A stretch of DNA of 64,000 bases, from contig OZ243956.1 in NCBI GenBank assembly GCA_965214405.1, forward strand, positions 3,520,001 to 3,584,000, read 5' to 3'. Below the pieces are notes generated by a model. That model ran no database searches and was not told where the DNA came from. It worked only from the letters and a program-made list of their open reading frames with translations. A program made the position numbers and the translations under genes. Each line of letters starts with the position of its first letter. Positions within the stretch are counted from its first letter, which is position 1. Origin of the DNA: Trueperaceae bacterium (GTDB taxonomy: Bacteria > Deinococcota > Deinococci > Deinococcales > Trueperaceae). This document shows, one piece after another, positions 18,807 to 31,625 of this stretch.

Positions 18807-19601
18807 TCAACTTAAGGCAGCTTCCCGCACGCACGCCCCCGCAATCTCGGACGCCAGCGCGCCAACGTCTTCCCCTCTACTGATGGCCGAAATGAGCGCC
18901 GAGCCGACCACCACGCCGTCCGCCACCCTGGCGATGGGGCGCGCCGCCTCGCCGCTCCCCACGCCGAAGCCGACCGCCACGGGTAAATCGGTCACGGCCT
19001 TGACGCGCTTCACCAGTTCGGGCACCTCCGCGGGCAGCGCCTCGCGCGCGCCCGTCACGCCCGTGACCGAGACCGCGTAGACGAAACCGCGACAGGCCGC
19101 CGTCACAAGTTTCAAACGCGCCTCGGTGGAGGTGGGGGCAACCAGAAAGATGGTATCGAGTTCCGCCTCTCGAGCCGCCTCAATCAGCGTTTCCCCCTCG
19201 TCGGGCGGCAGGTCGGGGAGGATGACGCCGTCGGCCCCCGCTTCTTTGAGGTCCCGTACAAAGCCCTGTTCGCCGCGCCTGTAGCAGTAGATGGGATTGT
19301 AATAGGTCATGAGCACGATAGCCTTGTCGCTCTCTTCTCGCAACGCGCGAATAAGCTCAAAGGTTCTTTGCGTGCTCATCCCGTTTTGTAAAACCTGCTC
19401 AGAGGCGCGTTGGATGGTCGGGCCGTCACCCAGCGGGTCGGAGTAGGGGAGGCCGACCTCGAGCACGTCCGCAACCTCTAAAAGCTCCCTCGCGTGCTCC
19501 AAAAACCCCGCTTCGTCCGGAAAGCCCGCCGTCAGAAAAGGCACAAAAGCCGCGCGCTCCTCCTTTTTCGCCCTAGCAAACGCCTCGTCAATTCTGCTCA
19601 T
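18807..19601 (-). CDS. trpA: Tryptophan synthase alpha subunit
   Basis: [34 protein letters not shown]. Confidence 0.96.
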   Translation of the reverse strand: MSRIDEAFARAKKEERAAFVPFLTAGFPDEAGFLEHARELLEVADVLEVGLPYSDPLGDGPTIQRASEQVLQNGMSTQRTFELIRALREESDKAIVLMTYYNPIYCYRRGEQGFVRDLKEAGADGVILPDLPPDEGETLIEAAREAELDTIFLVAPTSTEARLKLVTAACRGFVYAVSVTGVTGAREALPAEVPELVKRVKAVTDLPVAVGFGVGSGEAARPIARVADGVVVGSALISAISRGEDVGALASEIAGACVREAALS

Positions 19602-20814
19602 GCGCGTCTCCCGTCATTTTGAGCACCCGCATCGCCTCGTTCACGTCCTTGTCGCCTCGTCCCGAGAGGTTGATGATGATGATTTGCTCCTTTGTCATGT
19701 CTGCGGCGAGCCGCATGGCGTAGGCGACGGCGTGGGCGGTCTCGAGGGCCGGGATAATTCCCTCGATTTCGCTGAGCGCTCGGAAAGCCTCGAGCGCCTC
19801 CGCGTCGTCCACACCCACATATTCCGCGATGCCCTCATCTGCATAATACGAATGCTCCGGCCCCACGCCGGGATAGTCGAGCCCCGCCGAGACCGAGTGC
19901 GCCGGGGAGATTTGCCCGTCGTCGTCACTCATCAGGTACATTAAAGAACCGTGCAGCACGCCCTTTTTACCCGCCGAGATGGACGCGGCGTGCGCCCCCG
20001 TGCCGAGCCCATGCCCCGCCGCCTCGACCCCGATGAGTCGCGGGCGCTTTTCAGCGTCCAGATACGCGTAGGGCGTGAACAGACCAATCGCGTTCGAGCC
20101 GCCGCCCACGCAGGCCACTACCGCGTCGGGGACGGCGCGGCCCTCGGCCTCCTCCAACTGTTCTATCGCCTCTCTGCCAATCACGCTCTGGAAATCGCGC
20201 ACCATCATGGGATAAGGGTGCGGCCCGACCACCGAGCCGATGATGTAGAACGTGTCACGCACGTTCGTCACCCAGTCGCGGATGGCCTCGTTGGTCGCGT
20301 CCTTGAGCGTGCGCGTGCCCGAGCCCACCGGACGCACCTCCGCGCCCAAAAGCTTCATCCGGAACACGTTGAGCGCCTGCCGCCGCACGTCCTCCTCGCC
20401 CATATAGACGACGCAGGAGAGGCCAAATAAAGCCGCCGCCGTCGCCGTCGCCACCCCGTGCTGGCCCGCGCCCGTCTCGGCGATGACGCGCTCTTTGCCC
20501 ATCCTTTTGGCTAGAAGCGCCTGCCCGATGGTGTTGTTGATTTTGTGCGCGCCCGTGTGGTTTAGGTCCTCGCGCTTGAGATAGAGCTTCGCGCCGCCGC
20601 AGCGTTCGGTTAGATTTTTGGCGTAGTAGAGCAGGCTAGGGCGGCCCACGAATGTTTTGAGGTAATGCTCGAACTCGGCTTGAAACTCCGGGTCTTTGGC
20701 CGCCGCGTTGTAAGCCTCGGTGAGTTCGTCCAACGCGGGAATGAGCGTTTCGGGCACGTAGCGCCCGCCGAATTCGCCGAAGCGGCCACGGGTGTTGGGA
20801 AGAGGAAAAGTCAT
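19588..20814 (-). CDS. trpB: Tryptophan synthase beta subunit
   Basis: [44 protein letters not shown]. Confidence 0.97.
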   Translation of the reverse strand: MTFPLPNTRGRFGEFGGRYVPETLIPALDELTEAYNAAAKDPEFQAEFEHYLKTFVGRPSLLYYAKNLTERCGGAKLYLKREDLNHTGAHKINNTIGQALLAKRMGKERVIAETGAGQHGVATATAAALFGLSCVVYMGEEDVRRQALNVFRMKLLGAEVRPVGSGTRTLKDATNEAIRDWVTNVRDTFYIIGSVVGPHPYPMMVRDFQSVIGREAIEQLEEAEGRAVPDAVVACVGGGSNAIGLFTPYAYLDAEKRPRLIGVEAAGHGLGTGAHAASISAGKKGVLHGSLMYLMSDDDGQISPAHSVSAGLDYPGVGPEHSYYADEGIAEYVGVDDAEALEAFRALSEIEGIIPALETAHAVAYAMRLAADMTKEQIIIINLSGRGDKDVNEAMRVLKMTGDAHEQN

Positions 20815-20974
20815 GAGCCTCCTTTATAGCAGGTATCATCTGGTTTGAGAGATTCAGTCTATGAGCTAAGGTCTATGACGCAGTTTAAGGGATGATATCT
20901 GCGCTGATAGACTCAGCGTCAGTAAAACCACCATAGACGGAAAAATTAAGAGTCAAGAACGGGAAAAGCAAAAA

Positions 20975-21070
20975 CTAAGGACGCCACCAGCGTTGGTGGT
21001 GCCACTTAAAAGCGCGCGGGGTGCGGCTTCGCTTCTGTAGCGAGCGGACGCGGAGGCGCTTGAGCTTCAT
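20975..21070 (-). CDS. trpL: Trp leader peptide MKLKRLRVRSLQKRSRTPRAFKWHHQRWWRP
   Basis: 31-aa ORF with 3 Trp (tandem WW) ending 160 nt upstream of trpB; TAAACT -10 lies 6 nt before ATG. Confidence 0.8.
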   Translation of the reverse strand: MKLKRLRVRSLQKRSRTPRAFKWHHQRWWRP

Positions 21071-21179
21071 AAGGAGAGTTTAAGCGAAATGGCGGGAGAT
21101 TACTAGTCGAGGCTCGAGCTTTTGCCCCTACTCACCCAACGACTTGACCGAATATGGCGGTAATTTCTACAATTAGCTT

Positions 21180-21431
21180 ATGAAAGTTCCCGTTCACGCC
21201 TTTAGAAGCCGCGCTTCGGAAATTCTCAAGCGAGCCCAACAGGAAGATGTGTCTGTCACGCATCATGGCAAGCACTACGCGGTGGTCATTTCGCAAGAAC
21301 GCTACGAGCAGTTGTTGGGGCGTGGTGCGTCGGGACTCGAGCTACTCAAAAACCTCACCCCCGTTGCTTTGGAAGAGGGTGAACTCGAGTACCCGCACCG
21401 CCATCAGGCTCGCACCAACCACCACAACTGA
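21180..21431 (+). CDS. Phd/YefM-family antitoxin (no adjacent toxin)
   Basis: MKVPVHAFRSRASEILKRA..EDVSVTHHGKHYAVVIS pattern; TTGACC...TACAAT leaderless promoter. Confidence 0.78.
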   Translation: MKVPVHAFRSRASEILKRAQQEDVSVTHHGKHYAVVISQERYEQLLGRGASGLELLKNLTPVALEEGELEYPHRHQARTNHHN

Positions 21432-21642
21432 ATCCACACCCCAAGCTTAACCGAATCGCGTCACCTTTTACCCTGACCCGCGCTTCAAAAGCTTATAGCA
21501 TCGTTTTACTTGGGGCCTTAGCTAAATTAGGAAAGTACCCGCTTTGCAAGCAGGGAGTCATCAGTTTGAGTCTGATAAGTTCCACCAGAAAAGAACAGCG
21601 TGCAGTACAGGGAAAACCGGAATGCCAAACAGCGTTCCGGTT

Positions 21643-22536
21643 TTATTTTTTGTTCATCAGTGCTGAGACTGCCCTCATCAACTCTGCTTCGTCCTTCAAT
21701 GCTTCAGAAAGACGCTCTGACAGCTCGCCTAAGACCAATCGTATACCTGCAGCTTTTTCAAGACATTCTTCATCAGAAAGAGCATGGATACCCTCACTCA
21801 GGGCGCTATGCAGTAGTTTTAGCGGGCTATGACCACCAATCAACAAGTTCTCTGGTATAACATCCTTTGCTATATCAAGTGCTCTGCTAAACTGTGTTTC
21901 TGAAACGGCTGTATTGAGTGCATCAAGATTATTCTGTCCTGCTCCCAACCTCTCGGCGACCTTTATGATTTCGCCCAGAATCCTGTTCTTCTGATTCTCG
22001 ACAACGCGGCGGTAATAGGTGAATGCACCTATTCCTAATCCTTGGTTTTCGCACCTGCGACCCTTCAAAAAGATTTCCTTGTCAGGCCCAATAAGCTTGA
22101 TAAGTCGTGGAGATACTGGTGGTCCAAATGTAGGGAACTCCCCAAGCTTATAACACGAACCGGAGAACGACCCATCTTCTGCTTTTGGGTTCAAAAGGAG
22201 AGAATAAGTTTTAGTTGTCTTTCCACAATTTGAGCAGCGATATGTGAGAAAGTAAGGGTTATCCCCAGTATCTTGAATAGGATTAGGTTGTGCTGAGAGG
22301 GAAGAATGCGGGCGAAAAAAGCGAATGCCGCTACAGGCATCGCTTGAGCAATAAAGCTGTAGTTCGGGCGTGTTCGGTATATATTGGTAGATAGGTGATT
22401 GTCCCCTACTTCCTACACTCCGTGGTGACACTAAATCAGACACGTTTGCCCTTTGATTTGGCGGAACCGATTCTAAAAATTTTGCAAAAGTCAGGGTAAT
22501 TTTTTCGTCTTGTGCAGTTTCTTCATCTAACGACAT
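21643..22536 (-). CDS. Low-GC hypothetical protein with Cys pairs and a DUF4145/HEPN-like C-terminal region
   Basis: CSSDAC and CSNC; GRRCENQGLGIGAFTYYRRVVE; AT-richer than host genes. Confidence 0.7.
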   Translation of the reverse strand: MSLDEETAQDEKITLTFAKFLESVPPNQRANVSDLVSPRSVGSRGQSPIYQYIPNTPELQLYCSSDACSGIRFFRPHSSLSAQPNPIQDTGDNPYFLTYRCSNCGKTTKTYSLLLNPKAEDGSFSGSCYKLGEFPTFGPPVSPRLIKLIGPDKEIFLKGRRCENQGLGIGAFTYYRRVVENQKNRILGEIIKVAERLGAGQNNLDALNTAVSETQFSRALDIAKDVIPENLLIGGHSPLKLLHSALSEGIHALSDEECLEKAAGIRLVLGELSERLSEALKDEAELMRAVSALMNKK

Positions 22537-22651
22537 AGCACATATTACCAGCAGAAGGAGTCAGACGTTCTAATCGTTAAAACGTTCTGTGCGGATGCAT
22601 GAAATAGGGAATATAGGCGTCCTTGATACGACGTTAGCGGTAAGATAAACC

Positions 22652-22849
22652 ATGAAACTTAAGGTTATAGTTCACGAAGCGGAAGAAGGCGGTTTGTGGG
22701 CGGAAGTGCCTGCTATTCCGGGGTGCGCGACGCAGGGTGAAACATTTGAGGAACTGCTGAGTAATCTTTATGAAGCGGTAGAAGGATGTTTGGCGGTTGA
22801 CCTCGAGGAACCGACAGGAGCAGCCAAAGGATTCTCTTCCAACGGCTAA
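22652..22849 (+). CDS. HicB-family antitoxin (no hicA adjacent)
   Basis: VHEAEEGGLWAEVPAIPGCATQGETFEELLSNLYEAVEGCL. Confidence 0.85.
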   Translation: MKLKVIVHEAEEGGLWAEVPAIPGCATQGETFEELLSNLYEAVEGCLAVDLEEPTGAAKGFSSNG

Positions 22850-22940
22850 GTCTGTGTGGCCCGAGCTTTCAATCAAAATTTCACAGAAAATTGATTGATC
22901 AAACCCAAAAACTCTCCGCGTTGCTCCCTCTGAAGAGTTG

Positions 22941-25814
22941 TTAGAGAAGGATTTTTCTCAAAAACTCCCCTGTATAACTCTCCTCAACCCCCGCCACACT
23001 CTCCGGCGTCCCCTGCGCAATCACCTGCCCGCCGCCGTCGCCCCCCTCCGGCCCCAAATCAATCAGCCAATCCGCCGTCTTAATCACGTCCAGATTGTGC
23101 TCGATAACAATCACGGTGTTGCCCGCGTCCACGAGGCGGTGGAGGACTTCTAAGAGCTTCTGAATGTCCGCAAAGTGCAATCCGGTGGTGGGCTCGTCCA
23201 AGATATAAACGGTCTTGCCCGTGCCGCGCTTCGAGAGTTCCTTGGCGAGCTTGATGCGCTGCGCCTCGCCGCCCGAAAAGGTGGTGGCGCTCTGGCCGAG
23301 CTTGATGTAGTCCAATCCAACGTCGTGGAGCGTTTTGACGACGCGGTGGATGCTGGGGTGGTTTTCAAAAAAGGTCAGGGCTTCTTGCACGTCCATCTCG
23401 AGCACGTCCGCAATCGTCTTGCCCTTGTAGCGCACCCCCAGCGTCTCGCGGTTGTAACGCTTGCCGCCGCACTCCTTGCAGGTGACCCACACGTCGGCCA
23501 AAAAGTGCATCTCGATCTGGTTCTGCCCGTGCCCGCCGCAGGCCTCGCAGCGGCCCCCTTTGACGTTGAACGAAAAGCGTCCGGGCTTGTAGCCGCGCTT
23601 TTTGGCCTTGGGGGTGAGGGTAAAGACCTGCCGGATGGCGTCGAAGACGCCCGCGTAGGTGGCGGGGTTGGAACGCGGCGTGCGCCCGATGGGGTCTTGG
23701 GTGATGTGGATAATTTTGTCTACGGCTTCCAGGCCTCGAATTTCCTTGTAAGGGCCGGGGGTGAGGCTCGAGCCGTTGAGCGTCCGCGCCAAGGCCGGGT
23801 AAAGCGTGCCCGTGACGAGGCTCGACTTGCCCGAACCCGATACCCCGGTCACACAGGTGAGGGTGCCGAGAGGCACGCGCGCGCTTACCTGCTGGAGGTT
23901 GTGGAGGCTCGCGCCGCAAAGCTCCAACCAGCCCCCCGCCGCCCGCCGTTCGGGCTTGGGCGGGGTGATGCGCGTTTTTCCGCTCAAAAAGTGCCCGGTC
24001 ATGGATTTTCTGTTCCTGGCAATCTGCTTGGGCGTCCCCGCCGCGACGAGTTCGCCGCCCTGGACGCCCGCGCCGGGGCCTAAGTCTAAGATATAGTCCG
24101 CGCGGTTCATCGTCTCCTCGTCGTGCTCGACAACCAGCACGGTGTTGCCCATGTCGCGTAGGCGCTCCAAAGTTCCAATCAGCGCCTCGTTGTCGCGCGC
24201 GTGCAGCCCGATGGAGGGCTCGTCCAAAATATAGAGCACGCCCACCAAGCCGCTGCCAATCTGGCTCGCCAGGCGGATGCGCTGACCCTCGCCGCCCGAG
24301 AGCGTGCCCGCGCGGCGGTCCAGCGTGAGGTAGTGCAGGCCCACGTTGAGCATGAACTGAAGGCGGTCGCGGATTTCTTTGAGGATTTCCTCGGCGACCT
24401 CGAGCGCGTGCTCATCCAACTTTTGCGCCAGCGCCACAATCCAGCCGTGCGCCTCGCCAATCGACAGGGCGCTCAGTTGCGGTAGCGTCTGGTCCCCCAC
24501 CGTCACCGCCCGCGCCTCGGGCCGCAGGCGCGCGCCGCCGCAGTCGGGGCAGGGGAGTTCGTTCATAAAGCTCTCGTACCACTCGCGCATGTCGTCGCTG
24601 CTGGCCTCTAAGTGGCGCTGTTTGATGCTGTGAACGAGGCCGTAGAGGGGCTTTTTGCGGCGGCGGGTGTAGCCCTTGGCGGTGCGGTTGACAAACTCGA
24701 TGCTCTTGCCCCCCGAGCCGTAGAAAAAAGCGTGTCGTCCCGCCTCAGGAATGTTTTTCCAGGGCGTGTCCAAGCCAAAGCCGTAGTGGTCGGCAATCGA
24801 CTGCACGGTGCTCACCGTCCAGCCCTCGCGCTTTTTTAGCTCGCCGTAGTAGCGCAGCGCGCCGTCGTTTAGGCTCAAGTTCTCGTCAACAATGATGAGG
24901 TTCGGGTCCACGTCCATGTGCGTGCCTAAACCGTGGCAGGTCTCGCACATCCCCAGGGGCGAGTTGAACGAGAACATTTGGGTCGAGAGTTCGGGGAAAG
25001 AGATGTCGCAGTGCGGACAGGCGTTGTGCTCGCTCATAAGCAGGTCACGCTCGCCTAAATCGGCTATGAGCAAACCGTCCGCGGTCTTGAGCGTCGTCTC
25101 GACGGACTCGGTCAAGCGGGACAAAAAGGTGTCGTCCTGAGTTTCGAGGATAACGAGGCGGTCGACGATGATGTCGACGGTGTGTTTGTTTTTCTTCTCG
25201 AGCCCGATCTCCTCGCCCAAGCTCACCACCTCGCCGTTCACGCGCGCCCGCACGAAGCCGCTCGAGCGCGCCTCCGCAAACACATCCGCGTGGGTGCCCT
25301 TGCGGTTCCGCACCACCGGGGCCAACAGTTGGAGCTTGGTCCCGGCGGGAAGCGCCGCCAGACTTCGGGCGATTTCTTCGGCGCATTGCGCGTGAACTTC
25401 GCGCCCGCAGTTGGGGCAGTGCGGCGTGCCGATGTTGGCGTACAAGACGCGCAAGTAGTCCATCACCTCGGTCACGGTGGCGACGGTCGAGCGCGGGTTC
25501 TTGCTCACCGTTTTTTGTTCGATGGCGATGGCTGGGCTTAAGCCCCCGATAAAATCCACCTTGGGCTTTTCCATCTGACCCAAAAACTGCCGCGCGTAGG
25601 CCGATAAACTCTCGACGTAACGCCGCTGCCCCTCGGCGTAAAGCGTGTCGAACGCCAACGACGATTTGCCCGAGCCCGACACGCCCGTGATGACGACCAA
25701 TTTGTCTCTGGGAATCGTCACGTCGATATTTTTGAGGTTGTGATGCTTTGCGCCCCGGATGACGATTTTGTTGAACGCCACCCTGCCAGAACCCACCGTC
25801 TTACTAGAATCCAC
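22941..25814 (-). CDS. uvrA: Excinuclease ABC subunit A
   Basis: Two Walker [32 protein letters not shown] signatures, Zn fingers; GTG start at 25814 with GGAGGAG RBS. Confidence 0.96.
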   Translation of the reverse strand: MDSSKTVGSGRVAFNKIVIRGAKHHNLKNIDVTIPRDKLVVITGVSGSGKSSLAFDTLYAEGQRRYVESLSAYARQFLGQMEKPKVDFIGGLSPAIAIEQKTVSKNPRSTVATVTEVMDYLRVLYANIGTPHCPNCGREVHAQCAEEIARSLAALPAGTKLQLLAPVVRNRKGTHADVFAEARSSGFVRARVNGEVVSLGEEIGLEKKNKHTVDIIVDRLVILETQDDTFLSRLTESVETTLKTADGLLIADLGERDLLMSEHNACPHCDISFPELSTQMFSFNSPLGMCETCHGLGTHMDVDPNLIIVDENLSLNDGALRYYGELKKREGWTVSTVQSIADHYGFGLDTPWKNIPEAGRHAFFYGSGGKSIEFVNRTAKGYTRRRKKPLYGLVHSIKQRHLEASSDDMREWYESFMNELPCPDCGGARLRPEARAVTVGDQTLPQLSALSIGEAHGWIVALAQKLDEHALEVAEEILKEIRDRLQFMLNVGLHYLTLDRRAGTLSGGEGQRIRLASQIGSGLVGVLYILDEPSIGLHARDNEALIGTLERLRDMGNTVLVVEHDEETMNRADYILDLGPGAGVQGGELVAAGTPKQIARNRKSMTGHFLSGKTRITPPKPERRAAGGWLELCGASLHNLQQVSARVPLGTLTCVTGVSGSGKSSLVTGTLYPALARTLNGSSLTPGPYKEIRGLEAVDKIIHITQDPIGRTPRSNPATYAGVFDAIRQVFTLTPKAKKRGYKPGRFSFNVKGGRCEACGGHGQNQIEMHFLADVWVTCKECGGKRYNRETLGVRYKGKTIADVLEMDVQEALTFFENHPSIHRVVKTLHDVGLDYIKLGQSATTFSGGEAQRIKLAKELSKRGTGKTVYILDEPTTGLHFADIQKLLEVLHRLVDAGNTVIVIEHNLDVIKTADWLIDLGPEGGDGGGQVIAQGTPESVAGVEESYTGEFLRKILL

Positions 25815-25935
25815 AGTCTCCTCCAGGTTGTTCTGCGCTGTTTTGTAACACACCATCTTATAAGCACTGTGGTGTGCTGCTCGAGCCCCTATGACCGCCA
25901 CTATACCCTAAATGCTGGGGTGCTTGTGAGATACC

Positions 25936-25952
25936 TCTCGTTTTGAACGGAA
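25936..25952. promoter_or_regulatory. Candidate RDRM (DdrO-binding radiation/desiccation response motif)
   Basis: TTCCGT-TCAAA-ACGAGA on the minus strand, a 17-bp imperfect palindrome upstream of uvrA. Confidence 0.5.
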
Positions 25953-25976
25953 CAGATTTGAGTAAACCTCGAGCAT

Positions 25977-26012
25977 GAAAAAACCCCCGTCTCCTAAGAG
26001 GCGGGGGTTTTG
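25977..26012 (-). terminator. Intrinsic terminator of rpsA
   Basis: AAAAAACCCCCGTCTC-CTAA-GAGGCGGGGGTTTT hairpin flanked by A/T tracts. Confidence 0.85.
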
Positions 26013-26025
26013 TAAACGCTAAAAC

Positions 26026-28887
<2,862 letters not shown>

Positions 28888-29516
28888 GTTAGGGGGTTTC
28901 CTCCTTGCCTGGGATAAACTTGGCAGTATTGCATTAAACCACACAAAAGGGTGCGTTGGCAAGGCCCATACGAACGGCGCGCCAGGGGTTTTAGCAGATC
29001 TTTTCGCGGTTCTTTCTCGGCAGAAGCCGCTATAAACGCCGCGTATAGCGTATAGATATAAAAAGGTAAATATGACTTCGCGTGGGAGGCGCGAAGTCGT
29101 TGGGAGAGAAATGGGATGAGGATAGTGGGAAAAATCCTCAGGTCCAGACGCAGTATAACAGGTATGACCGGGGTGGGCGCGCGTCATCTGCACCACCAAA
29201 CGATCCAGATGCTGATTTTTAGACCTCTCGCCAGGAGTTTTACCGTCCGTACCGTGCGAAGTGAGAAGCAAGGCGTAAAAAGGTTGCGGAGCGCGGAGGT
29301 TGACCCGCGTCTCGAGGCCAAGTGATTTTCTCAAAAAGCAAATGGCGACGCCGCCCGGCTCACGTCGGCCGAGCACCCTCGCCCGCTACCGTAGAACCTC
29401 CTACAGTGTCGCTTGCCCCTCGAGCCTTATCTTGGATGAGTCGGGGCGGGACATCCACAAATCAAAAAGCTGTACCGACTGGCTCACATCCTGTCACGAC
29501 AGAAAAGGGGAGGCCT

Positions 29517-30110
29517 ATGAAATTTTTCTTGACACTTCTGGTATGTGCTTTGGGAACGTGTACGCTGGCGCAGAGCAGCACGAACGTCACAGCCGACATC
29601 GTCAGCACCGAAAACACTTCCCAGGTGCTCGGCACCGCCACGGCGCAAGAGGGCGCGGACGGTGGCGTGGTGGTCACCTTCGACATCGGCTCGAATACGG
29701 ATATTTCGGGTGGTGAGCACGCGATCCATATTCATGAGAACGGCGCGTGTGGGCTCGGTGACAGTGACGACGACGGCGTCGAGGAAGCCGGAGGCGCGGC
29801 GGGCGGCCATTACAACCCGACCGACGTCGGCCACGGCGAGGACAACGGCCCGCATGTGGGGGACAGCGAACTGTACAACTACACTTTTAACGACGACGGC
29901 TCCTTTTCGGGTGAGGTCGTTTTCCCACAGGCGAGTTTGGAGGGCGAGAACCCGCTGCTCAAGGAGGGCGGCACCGCCATCATGATTCACGAGGGCACCG
30001 ACGATAAAGAGACCGACCCAGGCGGTAACGCGGGGTCGCGCGTGGCTTGCGGCGTCATCACGGCGCAAGGTATGGGTCAAGGCACGGGTGGCGCTACGGG
30101 CGGTCAGTAG
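29517..30110 (+). CDS. sodC: Cu/Zn superoxide dismutase family protein, secreted
   Basis: HAIHIHENG, GGHYNP, PHVGD, IMIH, GNAGSRVACGVI; signal peptide; ATG 29517 with GGGGAGG RBS. Confidence 0.88.
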   Translation: MKFFLTLLVCALGTCTLAQSSTNVTADIVSTENTSQVLGTATAQEGADGGVVVTFDIGSNTDISGGEHAIHIHENGACGLGDSDDDGVEEAGGAAGGHYNPTDVGHGEDNGPHVGDSELYNYTFNDDGSFSGEVVFPQASLEGENPLLKEGGTAIMIHEGTDDKETDPGGNAGSRVACGVITAQGMGQGTGGATGGQ

Positions 30111-30143
30111 GATAAGTAGAAAAAGGTTAAAGCTCGATAAGCT

Positions 30144-30176
30144 GAGGAGCGGGGTCAATCCTGCTCCTTATTTATT
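30144..30176 (+). terminator. Terminator after sodC
   Basis: AGGAGCGGG-TCAAT-CCTGCTCCT followed by TATTTATTT. Confidence 0.6.
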
Positions 30177-30232
30177 TAGCAGCTTGGCAGGAAAAAACAT
30201 TACCAGGACGCTCGAGCGTACGCTTTCCCAAC

Positions 30233-30637
30233 TCAGGTACTCGCTCGCTCCCTGCGTCTCAGCCAAAGCCACACCCCCCCGCAGACGACGAAAACGGCCG
30301 AGCTCACCATGCTGATGACGTTACGCAAAAATGTGACCGTCTTGAGCTGCAACGGGTAGACGCTGTTCTCCTCCAAAAAAGGCTCGCTGACCAACCTCGC
30401 ACCGCCGTCCGCCGTTCCGTCTAAAAATGCGTTTCTGTTAAAGATGATGTATTCGTCTACCCGCCCGACCGGTGTGCCGATTTCGCCAAGCAGGGCCGCG
30501 GTCGCCTCGTCGTGGGGGATGATGCGTTGCGCGCGCTCGGCCCTGCCGGAAAGCCAAACCGAAGCCACCAAGGTGACGACGAGCAAGAGAGCGGCCAGGA
30601 TAGCCGCCACTCCTGCTACATTTTTGAGAATGGTCAC
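30233..30637 (-). CDS. Hypothetical membrane protein (2 TM)
   Basis: N- and C-terminal hydrophobic helices; 3 nt downstream of the YceI gene. Confidence 0.7.
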   Translation of the reverse strand: MTILKNVAGVAAILAALLLVVTLVASVWLSGRAERAQRIIPHDEATAALLGEIGTPVGRVDEYIIFNRNAFLDGTADGGARLVSEPFLEENSVYPLQLKTVTFLRNVISMVSSAVFVVCGGVWLWLRRRERAST

Positions 30638-30640
30638 GGC

Positions 30641-31234
30641 CTACTCAGCGTTGGAGGCAAAAAAGCGCACGTTGAGTTCTAGGGTGTCCGCGACGCGGTT
30701 GGGCGCGGGGCGGTCGATGCCGAAGTCGCTCAGCACCACGGGAAAAGTGGTTTGCACGGCGACGACGTCGCCCTCGAGCCGCGCGGCCGCCGTTTCCTCG
30801 CTCGCGGGCAAGTAGCGCACGGTCGCGGGCGCGCTCACCGTCACGGTCGCGCCGCTCATCGTGAGAGGGCCGCTTACCTGGTAAGTGTCGCCCTCGAGAT
30901 GTTCAACGCTCTCTATTTCGAAGCGGATTTCAGGGTACGCGTTAAAGTTGAGCCAGTTCTCGCTCCGCATGTGACCGTTACGCTCTTCGACACCCGTGTC
31001 GATGGTGGTGCCGTCAACCACGAGAAAGCCCGAACCGGTCTGCGCCTCCGGGTCAAAGGTGATTTCGCCCGTGATGACCGTGGTGGTGCCGATAAAGTCT
31101 TCGAAATCGGTACTCGACTGAACGGTAACCTGCTGGCGCGGCGCGGTGCCGCCCGCGCCGAGCAAGAACCTTTCGCCCTGGGCCGCCGCGAGAGAGAAAA
31201 CGAGAGCGAAAGATGCAAAAAGTATGGTTTTCAT
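30641..31234 (-). CDS. YceI-family polyisoprenoid-binding protein
   Basis: Signal peptide, IDTGVEERNGHMRSENWLNFNAYPEIRF, G.LTM.G, SDFGI. Confidence 0.88.
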   Translation of the reverse strand: MKTILFASFALVFSLAAAQGERFLLGAGGTAPRQQVTVQSSTDFEDFIGTTTVITGEITFDPEAQTGSGFLVVDGTTIDTGVEERNGHMRSENWLNFNAYPEIRFEIESVEHLEGDTYQVSGPLTMSGATVTVSAPATVRYLPASEETAAARLEGDVVAVQTTFPVVLSDFGIDRPAPNRVADTLELNVRFFASNAE

Positions 31235-31625
31235 AAGTGAACTCCTTTGTTGAAGTTGTGCTTTTTGTGGCGCACCCTTCTAGGTATAGGCGCAGTGTAT
31301 CGGGTTTGTTCGTTAAACAGACGACGCAAGGGGTTAGGCGGTAAAGCCGGGTGGTGAGCCACCCGTTACGTAGAGTTCTCGACCTGCTCCGTTACCAGCG
31401 TGAATACCAGCGTGAATACCAACGCAAAAGGGCACGCTCGAGCCCACGGTTTAGGACACCTTATCAGGTCAGGCCCGTCAACGTCGGCGGCGCTCCTTAA
31501 CTTCCCTTAACTTCGCCTGACATTCCCTCGTTAGGGTGAAAGCGTCCGTGGCCCGTGGGCCGACTCGCCAATGATTGCCAATCATTCTGTTGCCAATCGT
31601 TTTACTGCCATTCAAGGAGGAGACC

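Noticed and set aside
28888..29376. Extra 163 N-terminal codons of the 1116-aa rpsA ORF
   Set aside because: No RBS at the far start, non-protein-like sequence overlapping promoter and leader; a strong AGGAGG precedes ATG 28887
29322..29516. Longer N-terminus for sodC
   Set aside because: Signal peptide and RBS start at ATG 29517
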